From Actinomycetota bacterium (GTDB taxonomy: Bacteria > Actinomycetota > Acidimicrobiia > Acidimicrobiales > SZUA-35): 64,000 nt of DNA. The stretch is from NCBI GenBank assembly GCA_039029735.1, contig JBCCFL010000002.1, positions 196,521 to 260,520 on the forward strand, written 5' to 3'. The notes beneath the pieces are model-generated. The model saw only the letters and a list, made by a program, of their open reading frames with translations, had not been told where the DNA came from and ran no database searches. Both the position numbers and the translations under genes were made by a program. This document shows, piece by piece, positions 54,673-63,324 of this stretch; positions within the stretch are counted from its first letter, which is position 1; every line of letters begins with the position of its first letter.

Positions 54673-54783
54673 GCCACAGGGTCTAGCAGATCCGACGTTC
54701 GAGCAGTGCGGCCCCAGCGGCTAGCGTTCGGGGCGATCTCGACCCCGCACCGCCGGGTGCGCCGACCAGAGGAGACAACAGAC

Positions 54784-55569
54784 ATGGGTGAGTTCGTTCG
54801 GCTCGACGAGTCCCGGGTGCCGGAAATCGGCATCATCCGCCTCGAGCGGCCCAAGGTCAACGCGTTGAACCCGCAGGTCAGCGCCGAGTTGCTCGAGGTG
54901 GCCACCGAGGTCGAGGCACGCGACGACATCCGCGCCGTGGTGCTGTGGGGCGGGCCCAAGATCTTCGCCGCCGGCGCCGACATCGGCGACTTCCCTCGCA
55001 ACGAAGGCCACCGTGATCCCTCCGCGATGCTGGACAACCTGCTGGCGGCGCTGTTCAAGATCGAGAACCTGCCGCAGATCACCTGCTCGGCGGTGAACGG
55101 CTTCGCCCTCGGCGGCGGCTGCGAGGTGTCGATGGCCACCGACTTCCGGGTGTGCGGTGAGAGCGCCCAGTTCGGTCAGCCCGAGATCCTGCTCGGGATC
55201 ATCCCGGGCGGAGGTGGCACCCAGCGCCTGACCCGCCTGGTCGGCGTGACCAAGTCCAAGGAGATCAGCTACTCGGGTCGGATGGTGCCAGCCGCCGAGG
55301 CGCTGGAGATCGGCCTCGTCTCGTCGGTGCACCCCGACGACCAGGTGCTCGACGCCGCCATCGACATGCTGACGCCCTACACCAAGGCGGCAGCGGCGAT
55401 CGCCAACGTCAAGAAGGCGATCATGGACGGCCTCCACCTCGATCTCGACGCAGCCATTGCGGTGGAGACCCGCGAGTTCACCAAGGCCATCAACACCGAC
55501 GACGCCATCATCGGCCTCAACAGCTTCCTCGAGAACGGCCCGGGCAAGGCCACGTTCACCGGGAAGTAG
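54784..55569 (+). CDS. enoyl-CoA hydratase/isomerase (crotonase) family
   Basis: It has FAAGADI, GFALGGGCEVSMATDFR and GIIPGGGGTQRL. GGAGA is upstream of ATG 54784. Confidence 0.85.
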   Translation: MGEFVRLDESRVPEIGIIRLERPKVNALNPQVSAELLEVATEVEARDDIRAVVLWGGPKIFAAGADIGDFPRNEGHRDPSAMLDNLLAALFKIENLPQITCSAVNGFALGGGCEVSMATDFRVCGESAQFGQPEILLGIIPGGGGTQRLTRLVGVTKSKEISYSGRMVPAAEALEIGLVSSVHPDDQVLDAAIDMLTPYTKAAAAIANVKKAIMDGLHLDLDAAIAVETREFTKAINTDDAIIGLNSFLENGPGKATFTGK

Positions 55570-55656
55570 CCCACACCCGACCTGGCCCCGACGGGCACCC
55601 GGCCGCCATGCCGCGTGCCCGTCGCGGCATCGCCGGTGGCGATTACGCTTGCCGTG

Positions 55657-56685
55657 ATGGAGCTCGGTCTGTTCAGCCTCGTGGTCGACGACTACGACGA
55701 GGCGATTCGCTTCTACGTCGAAGCCGTGGGGTTCGATCTCGTCGAGGACGAGCCCGCCATCTCGTCCCACGACGGCACGCCGAAGCGGTGGGTGGTGGTT
55801 CGACCCCCAGGGGCGAAGACGGGAATCTTGTTGGCCAAGGCGTCGAGCGCCGCCCAACGCAAGGTGGTCGGCAACCAGGTGGGCGATCGGGTTGGCTACT
55901 TCTTGCACACCGACGACTTCGACACCGATCACAAGCGGATGGTGGCCGCGGGCGTGCGGTTCCTGGAGGACCCACGCCACGAGACCTACGGAAAGGTCGC
56001 CGTCTGGGAGGACCTCTACGGCAACCGCTGGGATCTGGTTCAGCCCGCGCTCGACAGCCCGCTCGATGTGAACGGGTCAACCGGCACCGCCGCCGATTTC
56101 GTGCCGACGGCTGAGGTCCAACCTTCTTCGACGGTCGAGCCAGGCGGTGCGTTCCCGCCGACCGAGGACGTGGCCGACATCCTGATCACCACCGAGCAGC
56201 TCCAGGCTCGAATCGCTGAGCTAGGGGCCACCATCACCGCCGACTACGCCGGGCGCAATCCGTTGCTGATCGCCGTGCTCAAGGGGTCGATGCTCTTCAT
56301 GGCCGATCTCATGCGCGCGATCGACGGGCCGCTCGAGATCGACTTTCTCGCCGTGTCGTCCTACGGCGCCGCCACGAAGAGCAGCGGCGTGGTCCGCATC
56401 GTCAAGGATCTCGACCAGGACGTGAAGGGCCGTGATGTAATCGTGGTCGAGGACATCGTCGACACCGGCCTCACACTTCGGTACCTCCTCGATCGGCTGT
56501 CGTCGCAAGGGCCGGCGTCGCTCAAAACGTGCTCGCTGCTCGTACGCGAGGCCGACCAACCGAGCGACGTCCCGGTCGACTACGTGGGGTTCCAACTGCC
56601 ACCGGAGTACGTGATCGGATATGGGCTCGATGTCGACCAGCAGTACCGGCACCTGCCCTACGTGGCCCGCTACGCGAAGGCCTGA
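55657..56685 (+). CDS. hpt: VOC (glyoxalase-like) domain fused to hypoxanthine phosphoribosyltransferase
   Basis: The N-terminal VOC part has GLFSLVVDDYDEAIRFYVEAVGF..LYGNRWDLVQ. A ~45-aa linker follows. The C-terminal HPRT part has VIVVEDIVDTGLTL (PRPP motif) and YVIGYGLDVDQQYRHLPY. It is a single frame with no internal stop. Confidence 0.75.
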   Translation: MELGLFSLVVDDYDEAIRFYVEAVGFDLVEDEPAISSHDGTPKRWVVVRPPGAKTGILLAKASSAAQRKVVGNQVGDRVGYFLHTDDFDTDHKRMVAAGVRFLEDPRHETYGKVAVWEDLYGNRWDLVQPALDSPLDVNGSTGTAADFVPTAEVQPSSTVEPGGAFPPTEDVADILITTEQLQARIAELGATITADYAGRNPLLIAVLKGSMLFMADLMRAIDGPLEIDFLAVSSYGAATKSSGVVRIVKDLDQDVKGRDVIVVEDIVDTGLTLRYLLDRLSSQGPASLKTCSLLVREADQPSDVPVDYVGFQLPPEYVIGYGLDVDQQYRHLPYVARYAKA

Positions 56686-56758
56686 ACACGCAGCCCACCA
56701 GCCTCTGCGCCGGCGTGACACTTGCCATGGTTCATATCCGCAATAGCTGATAGGTTTA

Positions 56759-56771
56759 CTCAACAATTGAG
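56759..56771. promoter_or_regulatory. 13-bp palindrome CTCAACAATTGAG in the AT-rich metY leader
   Basis: It was read directly. Its function is unknown. Confidence 0.3.
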
Positions 56772-56838
56772 CCCGATGTGCCGCGCCGATCGGCGTGGCT
56801 CGAGCCCGATCAACCAACACGAGCAACAGGAGACAGCG

Positions 56839-58164
56839 ATGGCCGGAGACGCCTGGGGTTTCGAGACCCGCCAGATCCATGCCGGGCAGGAGCCCGACGC
56901 AGCCACCGGGGCCCGCGCGGTGCCGATCTACCAGACCACCGCCTACCAGTTCCGCGACGCCGACCACGCGGCGAACCTGTTCGCCCTGGCCGAGCCGGGC
57001 AACATCTACACCCGCATCATGAACCCCACCCAGGGGGTGGCAGAGGTCCGCCTCGCCGCGCTGGAGAACGGGCTCAGTGAGACCGCAGCCGGGGTACCCG
57101 GCGCACTCGTGGTGGCGTCGGGCCAGGCGGCCGAGACGATGGCCATCCTCAACCTCGCCGAGGCCGGCTCCCACATCGTGGCCGGTGCTGCCCTCTACGG
57201 CGGTACCTACAACCTGCTGCACTACACCCTGCCCAAGCTCGGGATCGAGACCACGTTCGTCGACGACGTCGATGATCTCGATGCGTGGCGAGCCGCGGTG
57301 CGCCCCAACACCAAGGCCTTCTACGGCGAGACCATCGGCAACCCGATGAACAACGTGCTCGACATCGAGGGCGTGGCGTCGGTTGCCCACGACTCCGGCG
57401 TACCCCTGATCGTCGACAACACCGTGGCCACCCCGTATCTCATTCGCCCCCTCGACTGGGGTGCCGACATCGTGGTGCACTCCGCCACCAAGTTCCTCGG
57501 CGGCCACGGCACATCCATCGCCGGTGTGATCGTGGACGGCGGATCGTTCGAGTTCTCCGATGCCGAGCGCTTCCCGAACTTCAACGAGCCCGACCCCAGC
57601 TACCACGGCCTCACCTACTGGCCCATGCTCGGCGCCGGCTCCTACATCGCCAAGGCCCGCATCCAGCTCCTGCGGGACATCGGCGCCGCCATCAGCCCGT
57701 TCAACGCATTCCTCGTACTCCAGGGCATGGAGACGCTGTCGCTGCGGATGGAGCGCCACGTGGCGAACGCCCAGGCCGTTGCTGAGTGGCTCGCCGCCCG
57801 CGACGAGGTGGAAGAGGTGTTCTACGCCGGCCTTCCCGGGTCGAAGTGGAACGCAGCGGCCGACAAGTACGCCCAGGGTCGTGGCGCCGGTTCGGTGCCG
57901 GCCTTCATCATCAAGGGTGGCCTCGAGGCCGGTAAGCGCTTCGTGAACGCACTCGAGCTGCACAGCCACGTGGCCAACATCGGCGACGTGCGCTCGCTCG
58001 TGATCCACCCAGCGTCGACCACCCACAGCCAGCTCACCCCCGAAGAGCAGGTGAGCACCGGCGTGCACCCGGGCCTCGTGCGGCTGTCGGTCGGCATCGA
58101 GTCGCTCGACGACATCCTCGCCGATCTGGAGACCGGCTTCCGCGCCGCGAAGTCGGCGCAGTAG
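56839..58164 (+). CDS. metY: O-acetylhomoserine sulfhydrylase (aminocarboxypropyltransferase)
   Basis: It has [10 protein letters not shown], the PLP-Lys block [10 protein letters not shown] and RLSVGIE. CAGGAGA is upstream of ATG 56839. Confidence 0.9.
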   Translation: MAGDAWGFETRQIHAGQEPDAATGARAVPIYQTTAYQFRDADHAANLFALAEPGNIYTRIMNPTQGVAEVRLAALENGLSETAAGVPGALVVASGQAAETMAILNLAEAGSHIVAGAALYGGTYNLLHYTLPKLGIETTFVDDVDDLDAWRAAVRPNTKAFYGETIGNPMNNVLDIEGVASVAHDSGVPLIVDNTVATPYLIRPLDWGADIVVHSATKFLGGHGTSIAGVIVDGGSFEFSDAERFPNFNEPDPSYHGLTYWPMLGAGSYIAKARIQLLRDIGAAISPFNAFLVLQGMETLSLRMERHVANAQAVAEWLAARDEVEEVFYAGLPGSKWNAAADKYAQGRGAGSVPAFIIKGGLEAGKRFVNALELHSHVANIGDVRSLVIHPASTTHSQLTPEEQVSTGVHPGLVRLSVGIESLDDILADLETGFRAAKSAQ

Positions 58165-58244
58165 CGCCGGGGCTGCCATCCGAGGAGGGCCGCGGGCACG
58201 GGGTGCCGACCATCGGTCGGTGCTCCGTGCCTAGGCTCTGCCGT

Positions 58245-59720
58245 GTGAGGGGATCACGGCAACACCAGGTTCTGTGGAGGCTCGCCATCCTGGCCGTGAT
58301 GCTCGTGGCCGCGTCATGCGGTCGGACCACCGACGACGCAAGCAACACCATCGAGGCGGGCCCCGTCGTTGCCGATGGTGAGGGGCTCGCTGTGCGGATC
58401 GCCGGCGTGGTCGAGGGGGAACTCCTGTGCCCCGGCGGCCGGCGGCCGTGTGTGCCCTTCGACGGTGCCATCGAGCCCGATGCCGACGGCGCCGCCTGGG
58501 TGTCGGGCCGCATCGTCGACGGCGTGCTGACGATCGACGACCAGCAGCCGTTGCCGTCAGACGTCCCGGTGCGCGACTACGCCAACCGCTGCGCCGACGA
58601 CGACATCGGTGAGCCGCCCCCCGGCGAGATGCTGGAAGAGCTGTACGAGGGGCTCGCCGAGCGCCCACCTGGCTTCGTCGACCTCTGGGACAGCGAAGAC
58701 GGCGTGCTCCACCTCGGCATCTCGGGCGATCCCGCGGAGGCCGAGCTGTTCCTCGACGGTCTCGGTATCGCCGATCAGGTGTGCATCGTGACCGGCTTCC
58801 CCCATCCCGACGCCGACCTGGAGTCGGTGCAACGCGAGGTGGGCGAACTCGCGATCAACGCGGGCTACGAGAACTTCGGATCCAGCAGGGATGGCTGGGA
58901 GGGCACCGTGAGCATCGACCTCCCTCGCTTCGATGCCGCGTTCCGTTCCCAGCTCGACAACCTCTCCGAGGTGTCCGGCGTCCCGATCGAGGCCAGAGCC
59001 AGCGTCGAGGTGCTGGATGGCACGCTCGATGACTACGAGGCGGCGCTTGCGGCGGTGGCTGTCAGCCCCGACGCGGGCGGCGGCCTCACGGCCACGTGTG
59101 GCCCCGTGGTGTTCAGCTCAGCCGTGCGCCCCGACCTCGACGAGTTCCCGCCCCTCGACGACGATGCCCGGTCGGCGCTGGACGAGTTGGTGAACGGCGA
59201 GACCGGGGTGGAGGCCGGTGGCTTCGACGAGAACTACCGCTGGTCGATCGCCTCCCGCACGGATTCTGAGCTGGTGCTGTTCGGTCAAGGGCTACAGGAC
59301 TCCCAGGACCTGGTCGATGCTCGGTTCGACCGGCGCGACGGCGCCTGGCGGCCCACCGGATGGGGTGGATGCCGGGTGGAGATATCAGCCGTGGGCCTCG
59401 GGCCGGCCGAGGTGGCCTTCGACCCCGAGAACCCACCGCAGCCCGACGACACCGAGCTCGCGCTGTTGATCAACGAGCAGGCCTGCGCCAGCGGCGAGGC
59501 CCCGATCGATCGGGAGATCGTGCCGGTGATCACCGAGGCGGCCGAGTCGGTGACCATCGTGGTGCTCGTCGCTCCAGTGGAGGGTGGAGCCGATTGCCCG
59601 AGCAATCCGTGGCATCCGATCACCGTCGAACTCAGCGAACCGCTCGGGTCGCGCCAGCTGGTCGACGGCCATCAGTTCCCCACCGAGCCCGTCGGTCCGA
59701 TCGAGACGCTCGACGGGTGA
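58245..59720 (+). CDS. acidic Cys-containing lipoprotein, unknown function
   Basis: The lipobox is MLVAASC. The start GTG 58245 is tentative (the track ORF starts at 58203). I recognise no domain. Confidence 0.55.
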   Translation: MRGSRQHQVLWRLAILAVMLVAASCGRTTDDASNTIEAGPVVADGEGLAVRIAGVVEGELLCPGGRRPCVPFDGAIEPDADGAAWVSGRIVDGVLTIDDQQPLPSDVPVRDYANRCADDDIGEPPPGEMLEELYEGLAERPPGFVDLWDSEDGVLHLGISGDPAEAELFLDGLGIADQVCIVTGFPHPDADLESVQREVGELAINAGYENFGSSRDGWEGTVSIDLPRFDAAFRSQLDNLSEVSGVPIEARASVEVLDGTLDDYEAALAAVAVSPDAGGGLTATCGPVVFSSAVRPDLDEFPPLDDDARSALDELVNGETGVEAGGFDENYRWSIASRTDSELVLFGQGLQDSQDLVDARFDRRDGAWRPTGWGGCRVEISAVGLGPAEVAFDPENPPQPDDTELALLINEQACASGEAPIDREIVPVITEAAESVTIVVLVAPVEGGADCPSNPWHPITVELSEPLGSRQLVDGHQFPTEPVGPIETLDG

Positions 59721-59887
59721 GTGAATCCGCCCGATACCGTTCGAGGCATACCGAGTTGCATGCATGCACCACCTCCCCGTGGGCATGTGGCATCCTCCGG
59801 TGCGGGCGAACCGAGACAACTGTGTTCTTCCTGCTCACAGAGCCGGCGGATGGCCCGTGAGCGTATTGACATCCGAGGAGTCACCCC

Positions 59888-60448
59888 GTGCCTGAATGCC
59901 CCGCTGCAGACGGATCGAGCCCCCGCCAAACGACGTTCGACGCGCCGTTCGACATGTGCATCGATCCCTCCAAGGCCTACTCGGCAGAGATGGTCACCAA
60001 CTACGGCACCATGATCATCTCGCTCGACCCGATCGCGGCGCCGAAGACGGTCAACAACTTCGTGAGCCTGGCCCGGTACCACTACTACGACGGGCTCACC
60101 TTCCACCGCGTGATCCAGGGCTTCGTGCTCCAGGGCGGCTGCCCTGAGGGCTCCGGTCGCGGCGGCCCCGGGTACCGCTTCGAGGACGAGCTGCCCAAGC
60201 CCGGCCGCTACGAGCTCGGCTCGCTGGCCATGGCCAACGCCGGGCCCAACACCAACGGCAGCCAGTTCTTCATCATCAGCGGCCCGAGCGGCGTTGGCCT
60301 GCCTCCGCAGTACTCGCTCTTCGGCCGGGTGGTGAAGGGCCTCGAGCACGTCGACGAGATGGAGAAGGTCAAGACCGGCCCTGGCGACAAGCCCGTCGAG
60401 CCGATGATCATCGAGTCGGTCACGATCACCGAGTCCGACCGGGACTGA
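59888..60448 (+). CDS. cyclophilin-type peptidyl-prolyl cis-trans isomerase
   Basis: It has FHRVIQGFVLQGG and MANAGPNTNGSQFFI. GAGGAG lies 7 nt before GTG 59888. Confidence 0.9.
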   Translation: MPECPAADGSSPRQTTFDAPFDMCIDPSKAYSAEMVTNYGTMIISLDPIAAPKTVNNFVSLARYHYYDGLTFHRVIQGFVLQGGCPEGSGRGGPGYRFEDELPKPGRYELGSLAMANAGPNTNGSQFFIISGPSGVGLPPQYSLFGRVVKGLEHVDEMEKVKTGPGDKPVEPMIIESVTITESDRD

Positions 60449-60492
60449 CGGCCCACCCCAGCGGTACTCCTCCGATCGAGACCTGGGTTGCT

Positions 60493-61821
60493 TCAGGTCT
60501 CCTGGCGGAGGTGTGATCGCTGGGTGGACCCCTCATAGGCGGTGCGGTACCGGCCCCGGCGCTGGAGTTCGGGGATCACCTGATCCACGAACTCCTCGAT
60601 CGCGCCCGGGAAGTGGATGGCCGAGATCATGAAGCCATCGCCGCCAACCTCGTCGATGTACGCCTCCAGTTGATCGGCCACCGACTGGGCCGTGCCCACG
60701 AACTGGGGGAGGCCAACACTCTCGCCGTGGCGTCGGCCCACCTCGTCGACCGTCATCGCAGATCCGTCGGGCCGCCGGAACCGGGTGGCCATGCGAGCCA
60801 GCTCCGGCTCCGGTCGCTCGGCCAGTAGGGCGTCCGGCGGCACCTGCGAGAGATCGAAGTCGAGGTGCCCCGACAGCAGTGCCAGCCCCGCCTCCAGCGG
60901 AACCAGCTCGTTGTGTTCAGCCTTGGCCTCGGCTGCCGCCTCCTCGGTCGGCCCAAGAATCGGCTGGGCCCCGAACAGGATCCGGCAGTGGCTGGGATCG
61001 CGGCCGTGATCACTGGCCCGGCTCTTGACGTCGTCGAAGTAGGCCTTGGCGTCGCTCGGGTTCGGCTGGATGGCGAAGATCGCGTCGGCATGACGGGCCG
61101 CGAAGTCGCGGCCCTTGGGTGAGGTTCCGGCCTGGAGGATCGCGGGGCCTCCGTGCGGCGGGCGTACCACATTGAGCGGCCCCCTCGACCGGTAGAAGCG
61201 GCCGCCGTGTTCGATGCGATGCACCTTGGATGCGTCCACGAACCGTGCTCCATCCACATCGCGCACCTCGGCCCCTGGCTCCCAGGAGTCCCACAGCTTC
61301 AGGCACACCTCCATGAACTCGTGCGCACGGTCGTAGCGAACGTCGGCCGGCTCGCGCTCGTCCTCGCCGTAGTTGGCGGCCTGGTTGTGGTTCAGCGACG
61401 TGACCACGTTCCAGCCGGCCCGGCCGCGGGTGAGGTGATCGAGGGTGGCCCAGAGCCGGGCGGCGTAGAAGGGATGATGATGGCTCGTGCTCAGGGTCGA
61501 CGAGACGCCGATGCGTTCGGTCGCGGCCGCCATGAACGACAGCAGCGGTATCGGGTCGTGCTCGGGTGCCTGGGCCGCACCAGCCAGTGCCGGCTCCAAC
61601 GAACCTCGGTAGGTGTCGGAGATGTAGTTCAGGTCGGCGAAGAACACCATGTCGAACAGCCCTCGTTCACACACCTGGGCGATGTGCTGGTAGAGCTCGG
61701 GCGTGCGCCAGGCGTCGGGCCGAGCGTCGGTGCGAGGGTGTCGCCACATCGCCAGGCTGTGGTGGCTCGGGCCGTGCACGAGGAACTGGGCGAGATGCAT
61801 TTTCGGAGGCCGGGGCGCCAT
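60493..61821 (-). CDS. LLM-class FMN-dependent monooxygenase (NtaA/SnaA/DszA-like)
   Basis: It has AGWNVVTS, DRAHEFMEVCLKLWDSWE and ILQAGTSPKGRDFAARHAD. The start is 61821 or 61800. Confidence 0.8.
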   Translation of the reverse strand: MAPRPPKMHLAQFLVHGPSHHSLAMWRHPRTDARPDAWRTPELYQHIAQVCERGLFDMVFFADLNYISDTYRGSLEPALAGAAQAPEHDPIPLLSFMAAATERIGVSSTLSTSHHHPFYAARLWATLDHLTRGRAGWNVVTSLNHNQAANYGEDEREPADVRYDRAHEFMEVCLKLWDSWEPGAEVRDVDGARFVDASKVHRIEHGGRFYRSRGPLNVVRPPHGGPAILQAGTSPKGRDFAARHADAIFAIQPNPSDAKAYFDDVKSRASDHGRDPSHCRILFGAQPILGPTEEAAAEAKAEHNELVPLEAGLALLSGHLDFDLSQVPPDALLAERPEPELARMATRFRRPDGSAMTVDEVGRRHGESVGLPQFVGTAQSVADQLEAYIDEVGGDGFMISAIHFPGAIEEFVDQVIPELQRRGRYRTAYEGSTQRSHLRQET

Positions 61822-61876
61822 CGGCCAACTCTAGGAAGCGAGCCTCGGGCCTGGCGAGATCTCGATCGGCATCCCC

Positions 61877-62908
61877 TTGACGGGTGGGGGTACTCTGTTC
61901 ACGGTGAACGCAATTCTCGACGTCGATCTGCTGGCGTTCGAGTCGGGTACCCAAGCTGAGCGGACGGCCGTCGTCGACGGCGTGATGCGAAGCCTGACCA
62001 CAGGCTTCGTCTACACGAGCCACGACCTCAGCGCGGACCTGCTCGACACGGCCTACGGGATGCTGGAGGAGTTCTTCTCCCTTCCAGCCGAGGTGAAGGA
62101 GTCGGCCCGCGTACCCGGGTCGAACGGTCAGGTGGGCTACACCGGCCTCCTGGTGGAGACGGCGGCCTCCAGCGAGACGCCGGACTGGAAAGAGATGCTG
62201 AACTGGGGCCGGTTCCTGCCCGACGGGCACCCCCTTCATCAGCGCTTCCCCGGCCGCTACCTCGGCCCCCTGCTCCCCGACAGCCTCGTGCCGGGCATCA
62301 CCGACGTGTTGGTCGAGTTCTACGACAAGCTCTTCGAGCTTCAGCGCCGGTTCCTGCGCATCATCGCCATCGGCATCGGCTGCCACGAGTCGTTCTTCGA
62401 CGCAATGATCACCGACGGAACCACCCTGGCCCGAGCCATCCACTATCCGGCGATGGACCTCGCCCCCGGCGACGAGCACGTGTGGGCCGCCGAGCACGGC
62501 GACATCAACCTGATCACCGCCCTGCCCCGCGCCACCGCCCGCGGGCTGCAGGTGAAGGTGGACGATGCGTGGGTGGATGCCGTCCCGCCCGACGATCGGG
62601 TGATCATCAACACCGGCATCATGCTCGAGCATGTGACCAACGGCGTGATCCCCCAGGGCATCCACCGTGTGGTGGCCGACCCAACCCAGCCCGGCGACCG
62701 CTACTCGGTGGTGCAGTTCTGTCACCCAACGCCGTGGACCATCCTCACCCCGGTCGCCTCCTGTATTTCTGCTGAACACCCTCAGCGATTCGGAGCAATC
62801 GAGGCGGGTGACCTGTTGAGTCAGGTGTTGTACGAGATCAATCTGGTGGAGGAGGCCCGCCGCGTGGGAGACGCCGCGCCGACTCCCGAAAAGGAGCACG
62901 TGTCATGA
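61877..62908 (+). CDS. 2OG-Fe(II) oxygenase (isopenicillin N synthase-like family)
   Basis: It has [12 protein letters not shown] (HxD) and GIHRV. The start codon is uncertain: TTG 61877 or a downstream GTG. Confidence 0.7.
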   Translation: MTGGGTLFTVNAILDVDLLAFESGTQAERTAVVDGVMRSLTTGFVYTSHDLSADLLDTAYGMLEEFFSLPAEVKESARVPGSNGQVGYTGLLVETAASSETPDWKEMLNWGRFLPDGHPLHQRFPGRYLGPLLPDSLVPGITDVLVEFYDKLFELQRRFLRIIAIGIGCHESFFDAMITDGTTLARAIHYPAMDLAPGDEHVWAAEHGDINLITALPRATARGLQVKVDDAWVDAVPPDDRVIINTGIMLEHVTNGVIPQGIHRVVADPTQPGDRYSVVQFCHPTPWTILTPVASCISAEHPQRFGAIEAGDLLSQVLYEINLVEEARRVGDAAPTPEKEHVS

Positions 62909-63303
62909 CCAAGAAGACCTTCACCGAGGAGGAGCTGCGCGACCGGCTCACTCCCGAGCAGTACGAGGTAACACAGAACGCCGGCACCGAGCGTGCGTTC
63001 ACCGGGATCTACAACGACGCCAAGGACGAGGGCGTCTACCGCTGCGTCGTGTGTGGCGAGGAGTTGTTCACCTCGGATACCAAGTACGACTCACGGAGCG
63101 GTTGGCCGAGCTTCTACCAGCCCATCGCGTCGGACAAGGTCGAGCTCCACGAAGACAGGAGCTACGGCATGGTGCGAACCGAGGTGAGCTGCGCAAGCTG
63201 CGGCGCCCACCTCGGACACGTCTTCCCCGACGGGCCAATGCCGACCGGTGATCGCTATTGCATGAATTCGGCGTCGCTCGACCTCGACAAGGCCGACGCC
63301 TAG
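62905..63303 (+). CDS. msrB: peptide-methionine (R)-S-oxide reductase
   Basis: It has [21 protein letters not shown] and RYCMNS. There is an ATGA overlap with the upstream gene. Confidence 0.92.
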   Translation: MTKKTFTEEELRDRLTPEQYEVTQNAGTERAFTGIYNDAKDEGVYRCVVCGEELFTSDTKYDSRSGWPSFYQPIASDKVELHEDRSYGMVRTEVSCASCGAHLGHVFPDGPMPTGDRYCMNSASLDLDKADA

Positions 63304-63324
63304 AGACCCACACGAATCAACAAC

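Noticed and set aside
53341-54783. The first ~480 codons of the 742-aa plus-strand track ORF
   Set aside because: This part is antisense to the well-supported CitE-like and MaoC genes. It is Arg/Gly/His-rich with no motifs. Only the last 261 codons (from ATG 54784, with an RBS) form the crotonase. Long open antisense frames are expected at this GC content.
56686-56838. A SAM-I or SAM-IV riboswitch upstream of metY
   Set aside because: I could not find the conserved core strings as I remember them. The element is kept only as an unassigned structured leader in the findings.
56221-58179. A 652-aa minus-strand ORF
   Set aside because: It is fully antisense to hpt and metY, which have unambiguous motifs. 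Its composition is typical of GC-driven shadow ORFs.
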